A DNA stretch of 64,000 nt from an uncultured Chloroflexia bacterium (GCA_963819655.1 CAWFXA010000003.1:608001-672000); one strand, 5' to 3'. Counted from the stretch's first letter, positions 28,780-38,672 are shown. The notes: generated from the letters alone by a model not told the origin. Translations and numbers: made by a program.

Positions 28780-29172
28780 TCAGCAGTTGGAGGCGGCGAA
28801 CGCCACGACGTCGTTGAACGCGGAGGTGACGTCGGGCGGCGGGCTGGCGACCGTTCCGGCCGTCGCAGCGCTCGCGAGCCAGGTCCCGATCGTCTTGACG
28901 TCGCCTGCGACCGCCTCCAACGCGGGATCCATCGACCACGCGGACACGACGGTCGAGAGCGACGCCGCGGTCGTCGAGTCGACATTCGGCCAGTCGGCCT
29001 GTAGCTCCGAGGCGAAGTCCTGGCAGAAGCCTTCGAGACCTTCGGTCGAGATGCTCGCGGGCACCGACGGGATCGCGACCGACGGCACCGACGAGGCTGT
29101 GGCTCCTGAGCACGCGGTCAGCGCGACGGCCGCCACGGCGACAAGACCGAGGATGGAACGGCGAACGGACAT
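28780..29172 (-). CDS. Hypothetical lipoprotein
   Basis: Lipobox LTA-C, Ser/Pro linker, small helical domain with a Cys pair. Confidence 0.7.
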   Translation of the reverse strand: MSVRRSILGLVAVAAVALTACSGATASSVPSVAIPSVPASISTEGLEGFCQDFASELQADWPNVDSTTAASLSTVVSAWSMDPALEAVAGDVKTIGTWLASAATAGTVASPPPDVTSAFNDVVAFAASNC

Positions 29173-29288
29173 GGGGCACCTCTGGTGGACATAAGTCGTG
29201 GTGACCCTATTCCGTCGGTGGTGGCGTCAAGCTTCGGCCGTTCCCCGCCCGCGTGACGTCTGCCTTGCAGGTCCGCTGCTACTGGCTG

Positions 29289-29705
29289 TCAGTCGGTCGG
29301 AGCCGCGCCCCGCGTGCGCAGGCGATCCGTCAGCGCCGTGACAAGGTCGTAGCGGATCACCGGGAACTCATCCATGAGCCGCCTGAACCCGGATCGATCG
29401 ATCACGAGGGCTTCGATCGGCTCGTCCACGGTGACCGTTGCCGTCCGCGGGCGCCCGTCGATCAGGGCGATCTCACCGAGGAAGTCACCGGCCCCCAGCC
29501 GCCGGACGGTCCCGCCGCCCTGCGTGACGGTGGCCGACCCGCTGCGGATCACGATCAGCGAATCGCCCTCGTCCCCCTCCCGGACCAGGACCTCGCCGGC
29601 CGGGAAGCTCGCATCGCGGGCGATCCCGGCGATGATCTCGATGGATCGATCGCTGCAGCTCCGAAACAGCGGGATCGCGCGGATGGGATCGATGCTCGTG
29701 ACCAT
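29289..29705 (-). CDS. Stand-alone cyclic-nucleotide-binding domain protein
   Basis: IPLF, REGDEGDSL, GDFLGEIAL, PRTATV; GGAGG RBS. Confidence 0.9.
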   Translation of the reverse strand: MVTSIDPIRAIPLFRSCSDRSIEIIAGIARDASFPAGEVLVREGDEGDSLIVIRSGSATVTQGGGTVRRLGAGDFLGEIALIDGRPRTATVTVDEPIEALVIDRSGFRRLMDEFPVIRYDLVTALTDRLRTRGAAPTD

Positions 29706-29814
29706 GGCCTCCTCGTCGTGACGGACGCGACGACTCTAGGAACGAACCGTTAACGCCGCATCAACGACGACGATGGTGGGCATCGCATACTGGACGGCAG
29801 GAGGGCGACCGACC

Positions 29815-30327
29815 ATGACCGACAGCTCGACCCTGACCGACACTCAGATCGTGGGGCTCCAGCCCCAGGCGACCGCGGCGGTCCGCATCCAGCAGCCGAT
29901 GACGGAGCTCGACCTGGCAAAGGCGTTCGACCGCTTCATGGCGATGGTCGCATCGACGATCGAGGCACGTGGCGGTGAGATCGGTGGGCCACCGTTCGGC
30001 CGATACCATCGGTTCGGACCGGACGTCGTCGACGTCGAGATCGGGTTCCCAGTGGCGAAAGCTCCGGACCTGCCGCCCTTGATATCCGTCGAGGCCGGCG
30101 AGGTCGGGATCTCGGAGCTTCCGGGCGGCCCGGTCGCGCGAACGGTCCATCGGGGCACGTACGATGGCCTCGCGGCGACCTACGACGCCCTGCATGAGTG
30201 GATCCACGCTCAGCCGGGCTATGACGACGGCGTCGGCCCGTGGGAGTCGTATGTCGACGATCCGAGCTCCGCCGCCGATCCGTCGCAGCTGCGCACCGAG
30301 GTGATCTGGCCGCTCGTTCGCGGTTGA
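29815..30327 (+). CDS. GyrI-like small-molecule-binding protein
   Basis: GPPFGRY, VEIGFPV, LPGGPVARTVHRGTYDGL, WESYVDDP, LRTEVIWP. Confidence 0.85.
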   Translation: MTDSSTLTDTQIVGLQPQATAAVRIQQPMTELDLAKAFDRFMAMVASTIEARGGEIGGPPFGRYHRFGPDVVDVEIGFPVAKAPDLPPLISVEAGEVGISELPGGPVARTVHRGTYDGLAATYDALHEWIHAQPGYDDGVGPWESYVDDPSSAADPSQLRTEVIWPLVRG

Positions 30328-30334
30328 CAGACGC

Positions 30335-30586
30335 TCAGGCGCGCCGCTCCTCGTTCGTCTCGATGAGCTTGTCGATGACGCGCTCGATCTGACGGTCCGA
30401 GAGCTTTCGGCCGGCCTCGGCCGCGATCCGTGCGCGGGCCAGCCGGATCGCTTCGGCTTTCGGGATCCGAAAGCCCGACGGGATGCGGATCCCCTCGATC
30501 TCGCCGTCGCGGATCATGTCGCGCACCGTCCCCGGCGACCGTTCCAGGATCCAACTCACCTGTTCCGTCGAGAGATGCTCGTCCAT
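30335..30586 (-). CDS. Small excisionase-like (HTH_17) DNA-binding protein
   Basis: LSTEQVS...SPGTVRDMIRDGEIEGIR...FRIP. Confidence 0.7.
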   Translation of the reverse strand: MDEHLSTEQVSWILERSPGTVRDMIRDGEIEGIRIPSGFRIPKAEAIRLARARIAAEAGRKLSDRQIERVIDKLIETNEERRA

Positions 30587-30620
30587 CGCATCGACGCCGC
30601 GCGACAGCGCGTTCTGACGA

Positions 30621-31031
30621 CTAGGCCCTCGTCGGCTCCATGCGCTCGACGAAGTCTGCTCTCCAGGCTGGCGCGTCGAACGGGTTGGCGAAGTACTCGG
30701 TCAGCTTGGCGACCTTCCCGTCGCGGACCTCGCCGATGCCGACGTAGCTCACCGGGACGCCATCGCCGTAGTCGATCGCGCCCTCGATGACGAAGACGTC
30801 GCCGCCGCCGAGCATCCGCTTGTACGTGAACTTCGGGCTCGTCCCGGAACGCTCCGCATACGCCTCGTTCAGTCGCATCGAGGAGTCCTTGGTCAGGCGT
30901 TCCCCGGACTGCGGCCACTCTTGCGCGAAGTCGTCCGCTGCGTATTCCTTGACAAGCTCCGTCAGGCGACCGAAGTCCCCGGTCTTGAGGCCTTCTTCGA
31001 ACTTTGCAGCCATTTCCATGTTGTCGCCCAT
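30621..31031 (-). CDS. SnoaL/NTF2-like protein
   Basis: EWPQSGER, DGKVAKLTEYFANPFDAPAWRA. Confidence 0.85.
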   Translation of the reverse strand: MGDNMEMAAKFEEGLKTGDFGRLTELVKEYAADDFAQEWPQSGERLTKDSSMRLNEAYAERSGTSPKFTYKRMLGGGDVFVIEGAIDYGDGVPVSYVGIGEVRDGKVAKLTEYFANPFDAPAWRADFVERMEPTRA

Positions 31032-31134
31032 CCCGGCGCCCTCCTATATCCGTGGACGCCCAGCTTGGACCTGCCAGCCATGGACGGCAAGCGCACCTAC
31101 GCAAGTGACGGCATGCCCAGGCTCGCCTCCTTCG

Positions 31135-31791
31135 TCAGCCGCGCTCCAGCGCATCGGTGACGAGCGGGATGGGGCGACCCTCGCCGTCTACCAGACGCCA
31201 CCGCACACCCAGGTCGTTGTCGCGACCGTCGGCCAGGAGATCCGCGACGTCGGCAGGCGACGCGTCTGGGCCGAGTGCCCCGATCGCCTGCGCGAGCGCG
31301 AAACCCGCGACAGCGGGAACCGCGCCGACCAGATCGCGCCGGACCATTCCCTCCGGGTCGGACACGCCTGCCTTGGCCAGGTGCGAGATGAGCTTGGTGG
31401 CCCGCCGACGTTCGGCCGGCTCGAGGTCGCGCATCCAGCGCGGTTCGGCGGGTCGGGCGGGTTCGGGCTCCCTCGCCTCGGCCTCGGCCTTGGCGGCTTT
31501 CGACCCGCTCGCCGCCTTGGCCGGTGTGGGAGCAGGTGCGGCCGCCGCCCGGTCCTTCAGCTTCGACGTCGGCGCAACGGTGCCGCGCGCGGCCTCGATC
31601 GCCCCCTTGGCAGCGCCCAGGCTCTTGAATGGACCGCGGACGAGCGGCAGCCCAAGGTCATCGGTCTGTTCCGAGTCCACGACGGCCCAGGTCCCTGACT
31701 GCGGCTCGATCGTGAACCGCTCATCGCGTGTCTGCCAGCGTCCTCCGCCGAGCCGCTTGAGACCCTCGTCCTTGTCCGGCGCCGCAGCCAT
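31135..31791 (-). CDS. Hypothetical protein
   Basis: Coupled (TGATG) to the upstream peptidase; GRWQTRDERFTIE N-domain, Ala/Pro/Lys linker, helical C-domain. Confidence 0.65.
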   Translation of the reverse strand: MAAAPDKDEGLKRLGGGRWQTRDERFTIEPQSGTWAVVDSEQTDDLGLPLVRGPFKSLGAAKGAIEAARGTVAPTSKLKDRAAAAPAPTPAKAASGSKAAKAEAEAREPEPARPAEPRWMRDLEPAERRRATKLISHLAKAGVSDPEGMVRRDLVGAVPAVAGFALAQAIGALGPDASPADVADLLADGRDNDLGVRWRLVDGEGRPIPLVTDALERG

Positions 31792-33017
31792 CAAGCGCGC
31801 CCACGGACCAGATCGATCAGCCGCCCGAGCACCCGTTCGCCGTCAGCCCGCAGCCCGTTGTGCTCGAACTCGTCGGTCTGCCAGGTGCGGATGCCGCGGA
31901 TCGTCGCGGCGGTCTCCTCGGCGAAGTCGCGTTCGACATAAAGGTCGTTGACGTAGATGGTCGCCGCCACCGGCACGTCGTTCCGCCGCAGGCGTTCGGC
32001 GTCGTACAGCCGCGGCCACGGATGTTCCGCGAGCAGGTCGGCGGCCTCGCGGTGACCGCGCAGACCGGCGTAGTCGTCCCACATCCACGGGAAGATGTGC
32101 TCGGCCGTGAAATAGCCCTCCCTCGTCACCTCCTCCGGCAGGAGGCGGTCGGCGGACCAGCGGGTCGGGACCCCATCCGCGTACGACGATTCGTGGAGCG
32201 TGGCGTAGATCGGGTTCCGGTCGAATCTGACCCCAGCGGCGGCATCGTCGAGGAAGGCCGTCGACCCGAACGGCAGCTCGACGACGTGATGCAGGAGCTC
32301 GAAGCCGGCGCTGTCTCCGAGCCACATCCCAAGCTGGCGGAACCGTCGTGCGGTCAGGCGGTCTCCGTTCGGCAGCCGCACGTCCTCGCCGTCGAGCCGG
32401 CGGAGGATCTCGCTCACACGCTGGCGGTCACCCGGGTATCGGTCGAAATAGCGCCGGTTCTGCACGATCAATCGTCGATAGGTCGCGCCGTAGATGTCAT
32501 CGACGTCCCGCCCGATCGGTGACAGGCCACCCGTGATGAAGGCCTCGCGCAGCCCATGGGGAGCGATCGACAGGTAAGACATCGATGTGAACCCGCCAAA
32601 GCTCTGGCCGAGGACACTCCACTGCTCGACCCCGAGCTCCCGCCGGATGGCCTCGCAGTCGCGGACGATCGAATCGGCTCGGAAATGGGTCAGGTAGTCG
32701 GCCTGTGCCTGCGGGGTATCACCCGGGATCGTGGGTCCAACCGGCGTCGACCGACCGGTGCCGCGCTGATCGAGCAACAACACGCGATAGTCCTGCAGCG
32801 CGCGCTTCATCCAGCCCGTGGGCGGGCTGGTGGGTCGCGTCGCTTCGAAGCCGGGACCGCCCTGGAGGAAGACGAGGTACGGGTGGTCGCCACCGTCCGG
32901 CGAGGCCACCTCGCGGGTGAAGACCGTGATCCGCGCCCCATCGGGCGCGCCGTGATCCAGCGGGACCTGGTGCTCGCGCTCCTCGAAGACCGCGCCGGGC
33001 GCCCGGTAGATGGTCAT
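31791..33017 (-). CDS. pip: Proline iminopeptidase (alpha/beta hydrolase, S33)
   Basis: VPLDH, FLQGGPGF, LDQRGTGRS, HFRADSIV, GQSFGG, EHNGLR. Confidence 0.85.
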   Translation of the reverse strand: MTIYRAPGAVFEEREHQVPLDHGAPDGARITVFTREVASPDGGDHPYLVFLQGGPGFEATRPTSPPTGWMKRALQDYRVLLLDQRGTGRSTPVGPTIPGDTPQAQADYLTHFRADSIVRDCEAIRRELGVEQWSVLGQSFGGFTSMSYLSIAPHGLREAFITGGLSPIGRDVDDIYGATYRRLIVQNRRYFDRYPGDRQRVSEILRRLDGEDVRLPNGDRLTARRFRQLGMWLGDSAGFELLHHVVELPFGSTAFLDDAAAGVRFDRNPIYATLHESSYADGVPTRWSADRLLPEEVTREGYFTAEHIFPWMWDDYAGLRGHREAADLLAEHPWPRLYDAERLRRNDVPVAATIYVNDLYVERDFAEETAATIRGIRTWQTDEFEHNGLRADGERVLGRLIDLVRGRA

Positions 33018-33634
33018 CCTGGAGTCGCCCATGGCGATCGCGCCATCGAGCCCTCGAGATCGCTCTCGTTCAGGAGCCGCGCGCTCTGACAGGTCGGGCG
33101 GACCGCGGCCTCGCGACGGATCGCGCGCAGGAAATGCCGATCGAACGGCCCGCGTGGGTACTTGCGCAGCACCGAGGCGCGCACGCCCTCGATCACGTCG
33201 AACTCGACACCGCGCACGTCGACCGCGGTCGCCCGGTCGAGCAGCAACGCTTCGATTCCATCCTCGGGTGTCACTCGCGGCTGCATATGGAGGATGATCG
33301 CGCTGGCTGCTCGGTCGGCGGCCTCCGCCGACATCCCCTGGTCCTCGAGGAATCGGCGCGCGATCTCCGCACCCTCGACCTCGAAGCACATCGTGTTCCG
33401 CGGGATCCGGGTGAGCCCGACGTCGTGGAACAGGGCGGCGGCCCATAGAACCTGTGCATCGAACGTGCGCCCTTCCCACGCGGCGATCTGTGTGCCCCAG
33501 CAGTACGACCGGACGGAATGCGTGAACAGGTAGCGCGGGAGCGTCGACTGCGCCCAGCGCCATGTCTCGGCGGAGATCGCGTCCTGGGGCACCGGAAGAC
33601 CGGCGATCGAGCTCGGCAGCGGCGTCGCACGCAT
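33014..33634 (-). CDS. HD-domain protein (cyanamide hydratase-like)
   Basis: HSVRSY, AALFHDVGL, FEVEGA, IILHM. Confidence 0.85.
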   Translation of the reverse strand: MRATPLPSSIAGLPVPQDAISAETWRWAQSTLPRYLFTHSVRSYCWGTQIAAWEGRTFDAQVLWAAALFHDVGLTRIPRNTMCFEVEGAEIARRFLEDQGMSAEAADRAASAIILHMQPRVTPEDGIEALLLDRATAVDVRGVEFDVIEGVRASVLRKYPRGPFDRHFLRAIRREAAVRPTCQSARLLNESDLEGSMARSPWATPG

Positions 33635-33666
33635 CCGACGATGGTAGCGGGGTCATACTTCGGCCG

Positions 33667-34017
33667 ATGGCCAGATATGAGGTCAACCCACGGGCCGTGG
33701 CCCACGCGGAGCGCCTCATCCGTGCGCGGCAGTACGTGTTGCGGAGCGATTGGGGGGAGGCGCAGCCGACCGCCGACGATGAGAACCGATACCTCGAGTC
33801 GCACACGTGGGACGAGTACGCCGAGTGGCACCTTGGTCTGACGGTCGGTGCCAACGACGGCACCAAGACGCGGTACGCCTTCGTCTGCGGCGATCTCCGC
33901 CGCGTTCACCGTTCCGGGATCATCGCGTGCCACTTCCGCGCGGCGGAATGGAGGCACAAGGAGGTCGAGCTGGCCGCGCACGACCTGCTCCAGCTCATCG
34001 ACAAGGTGAGTGCCTGA
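33667..34017 (+). CDS. Hypothetical protein
   Basis: Coding-like 116-aa ORF, CATACT-N7-ATG, divergent from the HD gene. Confidence 0.7.
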   Translation: MARYEVNPRAVAHAERLIRARQYVLRSDWGEAQPTADDENRYLESHTWDEYAEWHLGLTVGANDGTKTRYAFVCGDLRRVHRSGIIACHFRAAEWRHKEVELAAHDLLQLIDKVSA

Positions 34018-34018
34018 C

Positions 34019-34267
34019 TCAGACCGCGTCGGTCCCCGCGTCCTCGTCGCCGGAGCGTCGCTCGCCACCCTCGTCGGGCGGTTGCCAGGAATACTGGGCG
34101 TACCGGAGCTGGCGCAGTCTCAGCTCGTCCATCCGCCCCTGCTCCTCGCGGAGCAGCTCGAGGTCGCGCGCTCGCTCCTCGGCGTCGATCTCGGCCGGAT
34201 CGACCGCCGGCGCCGCGGGCTCCTCGGTGCCGCCAGCGCCGCCGAGCAGCTTCCGCAGGAACCCCAT
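34019..34267 (-). CDS. Small hypothetical protein
   Basis: MGFLRKLLGG amphipathic start, acidic coiled region; directly follows the upstream gene. Confidence 0.6.
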   Translation of the reverse strand: MGFLRKLLGGAGGTEEPAAPAVDPAEIDAEERARDLELLREEQGRMDELRLRQLRYAQYSWQPPDEGGERRSGDEDAGTDAV

Positions 34268-34270
34268 GCC

Positions 34271-34993
34271 CTATTCCTGACGCAGGACGCGCGGGTCGAA
34301 CTCGAACGGGAGGACGAGGACGTACTTCCCCGAAAGTGAGCCGAATCGCGACGACGACCGGCGCCGAACGAACTGCCGGCCAAGCTCGGAGATCGACAGC
34401 GTCGAGCCGGGCGCCGGACTGACTCCCCACACGCTCGAGCCGCCATGCGGGTACAGCGGATCCTCGACGATCGCGGCCGTGACCTTGGCCCCCCTGAGCA
34501 GCGGGTCCCGCGTTGCCTTGAACCCGCTCATCACCCACGCGTGGCGCCCGCGCCAGACGAGCAGGCCGACCGGCCGGCCCGTCCTGCGCATCGCCTTGGC
34601 CGCCGTGACCATGGCCTCCTGGATCGTCGGGAAGCCGACGACCCGATATGGCCCGGCACCCATCATCGTCAGGCCGGCCGCCCACCCTCGGACGCTCGCG
34701 CCCTGCCGAACGCGACCGTTCCTCGACGGGCCGCTCCAGGCCCTGGCCAGGTTCTGAAGACGCAGTTGTGTGGAGGCGCTGCGGTCGGCGCCAGGGCGGA
34801 CCATGTTGAGCATCATCTGCATGCTCGCGCCGACACATTGGACGAGATTCGTCTGCGCGACGTAGTCAGAGCGGGCGCCGAGGTCGAGCCGGAACGCCTT
34901 CGGGGCGGCCGCCTCGGTCACCGGCGCGAATGACAGCACCAGCAACCCGGCCAATGCGAGACCAACGGACCGTTGCGCGCGCACCGACTTCAT
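34271..34993 (-). CDS. Secreted protein, papain/C39-like peptidase fold candidate
   Basis: Signal peptide (..TEA-AAP); Q...C (AQTNLVQCVGAS), H (GRHAWV), D (VEDP) in papain-like order. Confidence 0.6.
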   Translation of the reverse strand: MKSVRAQRSVGLALAGLLVLSFAPVTEAAAPKAFRLDLGARSDYVAQTNLVQCVGASMQMMLNMVRPGADRSASTQLRLQNLARAWSGPSRNGRVRQGASVRGWAAGLTMMGAGPYRVVGFPTIQEAMVTAAKAMRRTGRPVGLLVWRGRHAWVMSGFKATRDPLLRGAKVTAAIVEDPLYPHGGSSVWGVSPAPGSTLSISELGRQFVRRRSSSRFGSLSGKYVLVLPFEFDPRVLRQE

Positions 34994-35093
34994 GGAAACA
35001 CGGTACGCCAAATGCGCAATATCGGATGCGATTGAAGGTTCCTGGCGCCCCGATTGTCATGTCATCGTGATGCGACCTTCCGAGGCAGAGGCC

Positions 35094-35633
35094 ATGAGCG
35101 GCATAGAGGCGACCACGCTTGATCGACACGCTGGGCCCGCGGTCGACTTCGAGCGCTTGGCCGATGAGCATCTCGAGACCGCATATCGATTGGCCTACGC
35201 GATCCTCCACGACCCGTCCGAGGCGCAGGACGCCACCCACGACGCGTTCATCCAGGCGTGGCGGGCCTGGACGACGCTCCGAGACCCCGCCCGTTTCGAG
35301 GCGTGGTTCGACCGGATCCTTGTGAATACCTGCCGCAACAGGCTGCAGCGGCGATCCCGGTGGCAAGCGCGCGACATCTCGGACGAGGTCGTTGTCGCCT
35401 CAGGCGATCCCTTTACCCAGACCCACGACCGCGATGTCCTCGGGCCGGCTCTAGTCCAGCTCTCCCCGGACCACCGGGTCGTGGTCGCGCTCCGGTTCTA
35501 CCGGGACCTCACGGTCGATCAGATCGCGGCGCGACTGGGCATCCCCGCCGGCACGGTGCACTCCCGACTCCATTACGCCCTCCGGCACCTCCATGAGCTC
35601 ATCGACGACGAGCGCAAGGGAACCAAGCGATGA
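35094..35633 (+). CDS. ECF RNA polymerase sigma factor
   Basis: AQDATHDAFIQAW, FEAWFDRILVN, LSPDHRVVVALRF, GTVHSRLH; start uncertain (35067-35094). Confidence 0.9.
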   Translation: MSGIEATTLDRHAGPAVDFERLADEHLETAYRLAYAILHDPSEAQDATHDAFIQAWRAWTTLRDPARFEAWFDRILVNTCRNRLQRRSRWQARDISDEVVVASGDPFTQTHDRDVLGPALVQLSPDHRVVVALRFYRDLTVDQIAARLGIPAGTVHSRLHYALRHLHELIDDERKGTKR

Positions 35634-37054
35634 ACGAGCAAGACCTGGACCTCGAGCCGCAGCTGCGCGCGTGGTATCGCGCAGAGGTCGACGCGATCCC
35701 GATGCCCGATCAGCTCCGACGCGATGTGCGCGCGGTGCCGAGCCGGTTTGCGCGCGTGGAGCCGCGGATCGGCCGCACCGGGCTGACGCTCCTTGCCGCT
35801 GCGGCCCTCGTGACGCTGGTCGGTGGCGCCGTTCTGTCCGGCACCCGTCCTGCCCCCTCCCCTACGCCGAGCGACCTGGCGGTCGCACCCTCCGTCGATC
35901 CGTTCGCGGCCCCGCCGACCTCGACGATCGTGGCGATCGACCCGACGTGGCGTCCCGCCGGGGCCATGGCATCCGGGCGCTCCGTGCACACCGCGACGCT
36001 TTTGCCCGACGGACGCATCCTTGTCGTCGGTGGCACATCCGTCGACCGCGGGGTGCTCTCGGCCGCCGAGGTCTGGGACCCGGCGACGCGATCCTTCTCT
36101 TCCGCCGGCAACGCGATCTCGGCGCGGATCGGACATGCGGCGACGCTCCTGCTCGACGGCCGCGTCTTCATCGTCGGCGGCGATGCCGAAGGGGGTAAGA
36201 CGGCGGAGACCTGGGATCCGGCCACCGGCACGTTCTCTGCGGCCGGCACCATGACGGCGCTCCGTAAGGGGGGCCTGAGCGCAACGACGCTTCCGAGTGG
36301 TCGTGTCCTCGTCATCGGCGCCATCGAGTGCAGTTACTTCGTCAAGACCCTGCCGCGGTGCCAGGAGGCGGACAGGGGATCATCGGAGATCTGGGACCCG
36401 GCAACGAACGACTTCACCCGCGGCCCGAAGGTCCATATCGATCGAGACTGGCATACCGCGACGCTCCTTCCCGACGGACGCGTGCTGGTCGTTGGTGGCA
36501 CGGGTCTCGCAAGTGACACACCGGAGTCCGCCGAGGTGTGGGATCCGACGTCCGGAGGGTTCACGGAGGTCGACGAGCCGCTGGAGTACCGCGCCGACAG
36601 CCACACCGCCACCCTGATGCCCGATGGCCGCGTCCTGATCGCCGGCGGCGGCACCATGAGTCTCGAGGACGAGACGTCGGGCGGGTCGCTCGCCTCGGCC
36701 GAGCTCTGGGACCCGGTCACGGAGGCCTTCGAACCGGCGGGCAGCATGGCCGAGATCCGGAGCAGGCACCAGGCGGCACGTCTGCCAGACGGTCGCGTGC
36801 TTGTCACGGGAGGAAGCGCCGCGCGCTTCACGGACGTGATAGATGACGCCTACGCGTCGACCGAGTTTTGGGATCCCGCCACGCAGACCTTCAGTGCGGG
36901 GCCCTCGATGATCCACGCACGTCGAAGCTTCACTCTGACCGTGCTCCAGGACGGGAGCGTCGTGGTCATCGGCGGCTGGTCGCGCACGGAGGCCGCCGAG
37001 ATCGTGACGGAGGTCGCGACGGCGGAGATCTGGGGCGCGCCGGTCAGTCCCTAG
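35630..37054 (+). CDS. Putative membrane anti-sigma factor with extracellular kelch beta-propeller
   Basis: ATGA overlap with sigma; short cytoplasmic helix, one TM, about 7 repeats of HTATLLPDGRVLVVGG...AEVWDP. Confidence 0.85.
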   Translation: MNEQDLDLEPQLRAWYRAEVDAIPMPDQLRRDVRAVPSRFARVEPRIGRTGLTLLAAAALVTLVGGAVLSGTRPAPSPTPSDLAVAPSVDPFAAPPTSTIVAIDPTWRPAGAMASGRSVHTATLLPDGRILVVGGTSVDRGVLSAAEVWDPATRSFSSAGNAISARIGHAATLLLDGRVFIVGGDAEGGKTAETWDPATGTFSAAGTMTALRKGGLSATTLPSGRVLVIGAIECSYFVKTLPRCQEADRGSSEIWDPATNDFTRGPKVHIDRDWHTATLLPDGRVLVVGGTGLASDTPESAEVWDPTSGGFTEVDEPLEYRADSHTATLMPDGRVLIAGGGTMSLEDETSGGSLASAELWDPVTEAFEPAGSMAEIRSRHQAARLPDGRVLVTGGSAARFTDVIDDAYASTEFWDPATQTFSAGPSMIHARRSFTLTVLQDGSVVVIGGWSRTEAAEIVTEVATAEIWGAPVSP

Positions 37055-37089
37055 GCCCGGGTCCATCCATCCGGCGGTACAGTCAAGCG

Positions 37090-38253
37090 GTGACATCGAC
37101 CCGCGGACCATCGCCGCTCGGCGCGGCTCTCACGCTGCAGGACTTCGAGATGGAGCCCTACGCCGAGCTGGCGCGCCTGCGCGAGCGCGAGCCCGTGTCG
37201 TGGGTCCCGGTCCTCGACGGCTGGGTGGTAACACGGCGTGACCTGTGCATCGACGTTATGCGCGACGCCGCACGATTCACGGTCGACGATCCGCGCTTCT
37301 CGACGGCCCGTGTGGTCGGCCCGAGCATGCTGTCCCTCGACGGCGAGGAGCATCGGCGCCATCGCGACCCCTTCGCGGCAGCCTTCCGTCGAGCGGACGT
37401 CATGGAACGGTTCGCCCAGCGAGTGGAGAGCGAGGCCCTTGATCTTGTCGGTGCGCTGACCCCGACGGGCAGCGCCGAAGTGCGTCGCGAGCTGGCCGGT
37501 CCCCTGGCGGTTCGCGTCGTCGCGGCCGCGCTCGAGCTCATCGACGTCGAGCCGACGGTCGTTCTCGGCTGGTACGACGAGATCGTGGCCGCCGTGGATC
37601 GCGTGTCGGCCGGTGGCGAGATCGGACAGCGCGCGCCTGAGGCGGTGGCTGCCCTGGACCGGCATGTCGGCGCGACGATCGGCCACCGACACGGTGTCCT
37701 GCACAGGGCGACGGCGACGCTCTCGCAGACGGAGGTCGTGTCCAACGCCGCCGTGATGATGTTCGGCGGCATCGAGACGAGTGAGGGCATGACGACCTCG
37801 CTGTTCTGGCACGTGCTGACGACGCCGGGCGCGCTCGACGCCGTCATGACCGACCGCTCGCTGATCGCGAACGCGGTCGAGGAATCCTTGCGGCTCGAGC
37901 CCGCGGCGGCCCGCGTCGACCGCTACGCGACGGCCGATGTAGAGCTCGGTGGGGCGTCTATCCGCCGCGGCGATCTCGTCATCGCGTCACTGACGGCGGC
38001 CAATCGCGACCCGCAAACGTTCCCGGACCCGGACGCGTTCGACATCGCGCGACCGAACGCCCGCTCGCACGTCGCTTTCGCGCAGGGACCGCACGCGTGC
38101 GTCGGGCTGCACCTGGCACGCCTCGAGACGCAGGCCGCCCTCGAGTCCGCGCTGGATGGCTGGCCGGGACTCAGGCTCCAGGACGGCGCCACCGCCCCGA
38201 CCGGCGTCGTGTTCCGCAAGCCTCGCTCGTTACCGGTCGCCTGGGACGCCTGA
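37090..38253 (+). CDS. Cytochrome P450
   Basis: GGIETS I-helix, EESLR (ExxR), AANRDP, FAQGPHACVG heme motif; TACAGT-N6-GTG. Confidence 0.92.
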   Translation: MTSTRGPSPLGAALTLQDFEMEPYAELARLREREPVSWVPVLDGWVVTRRDLCIDVMRDAARFTVDDPRFSTARVVGPSMLSLDGEEHRRHRDPFAAAFRRADVMERFAQRVESEALDLVGALTPTGSAEVRRELAGPLAVRVVAAALELIDVEPTVVLGWYDEIVAAVDRVSAGGEIGQRAPEAVAALDRHVGATIGHRHGVLHRATATLSQTEVVSNAAVMMFGGIETSEGMTTSLFWHVLTTPGALDAVMTDRSLIANAVEESLRLEPAAARVDRYATADVELGGASIRRGDLVIASLTAANRDPQTFPDPDAFDIARPNARSHVAFAQGPHACVGLHLARLETQAALESALDGWPGLRLQDGATAPTGVVFRKPRSLPVAWDA

Positions 38254-38643
38254 CTAGAAGTCCCGACGACCCTCGAAACTCGCCTCGACACCCGGGCGCG
38301 TTCGCTCGTAGATCGCGAGTCGCTGGCCGCCAGGTCCGGCGAACGAGCGCACCGGGCCTTGTGGGATCTCCAGGCCGTGGCCCTCGTCCCAGCCTCGCGA
38401 CCGGAGTTCCGTTCGCACCCGCTCGAGGTCATCGACGCGATAGACGAGGATCGGTCGATCGCCCTCGAGGTGGTCGGCGAGCAGGATGCGCGGCGGGCCC
38501 TCGGTCAGCTCGATCATCGCGACGCGGGTGCCCATCCCATCGATCGCAAAGATCAGCCGTCCGCCGAGGACCTCGGTGAAGTACGCGACGTCAGCGGGCA
38601 CGTCCCGGCTGGGCATGTAGACGTAGTCGAGCGCTTCGAACAT
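38254..38643 (-). CDS. VOC family protein
   Basis: LDYVYMP, LVYRVDDL, GPGGQRLAIYE. Confidence 0.8.
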   Translation of the reverse strand: MFEALDYVYMPSRDVPADVAYFTEVLGGRLIFAIDGMGTRVAMIELTEGPPRILLADHLEGDRPILVYRVDDLERVRTELRSRGWDEGHGLEIPQGPVRSFAGPGGQRLAIYERTRPGVEASFEGRRDF

Positions 38644-38672
38644 CGGTGCCAGCGTACTGCCGTCCTATCGAT

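Noticed and set aside
30335-30586. Prophage or ICE signalled by the excisionase-like HTH (and CpaF read as VirB11)
   Set aside because: No integrase, att/tRNA, relaxase or phage structural genes; the ATPase motifs are CpaF/TadA-type and composition looks uniform.
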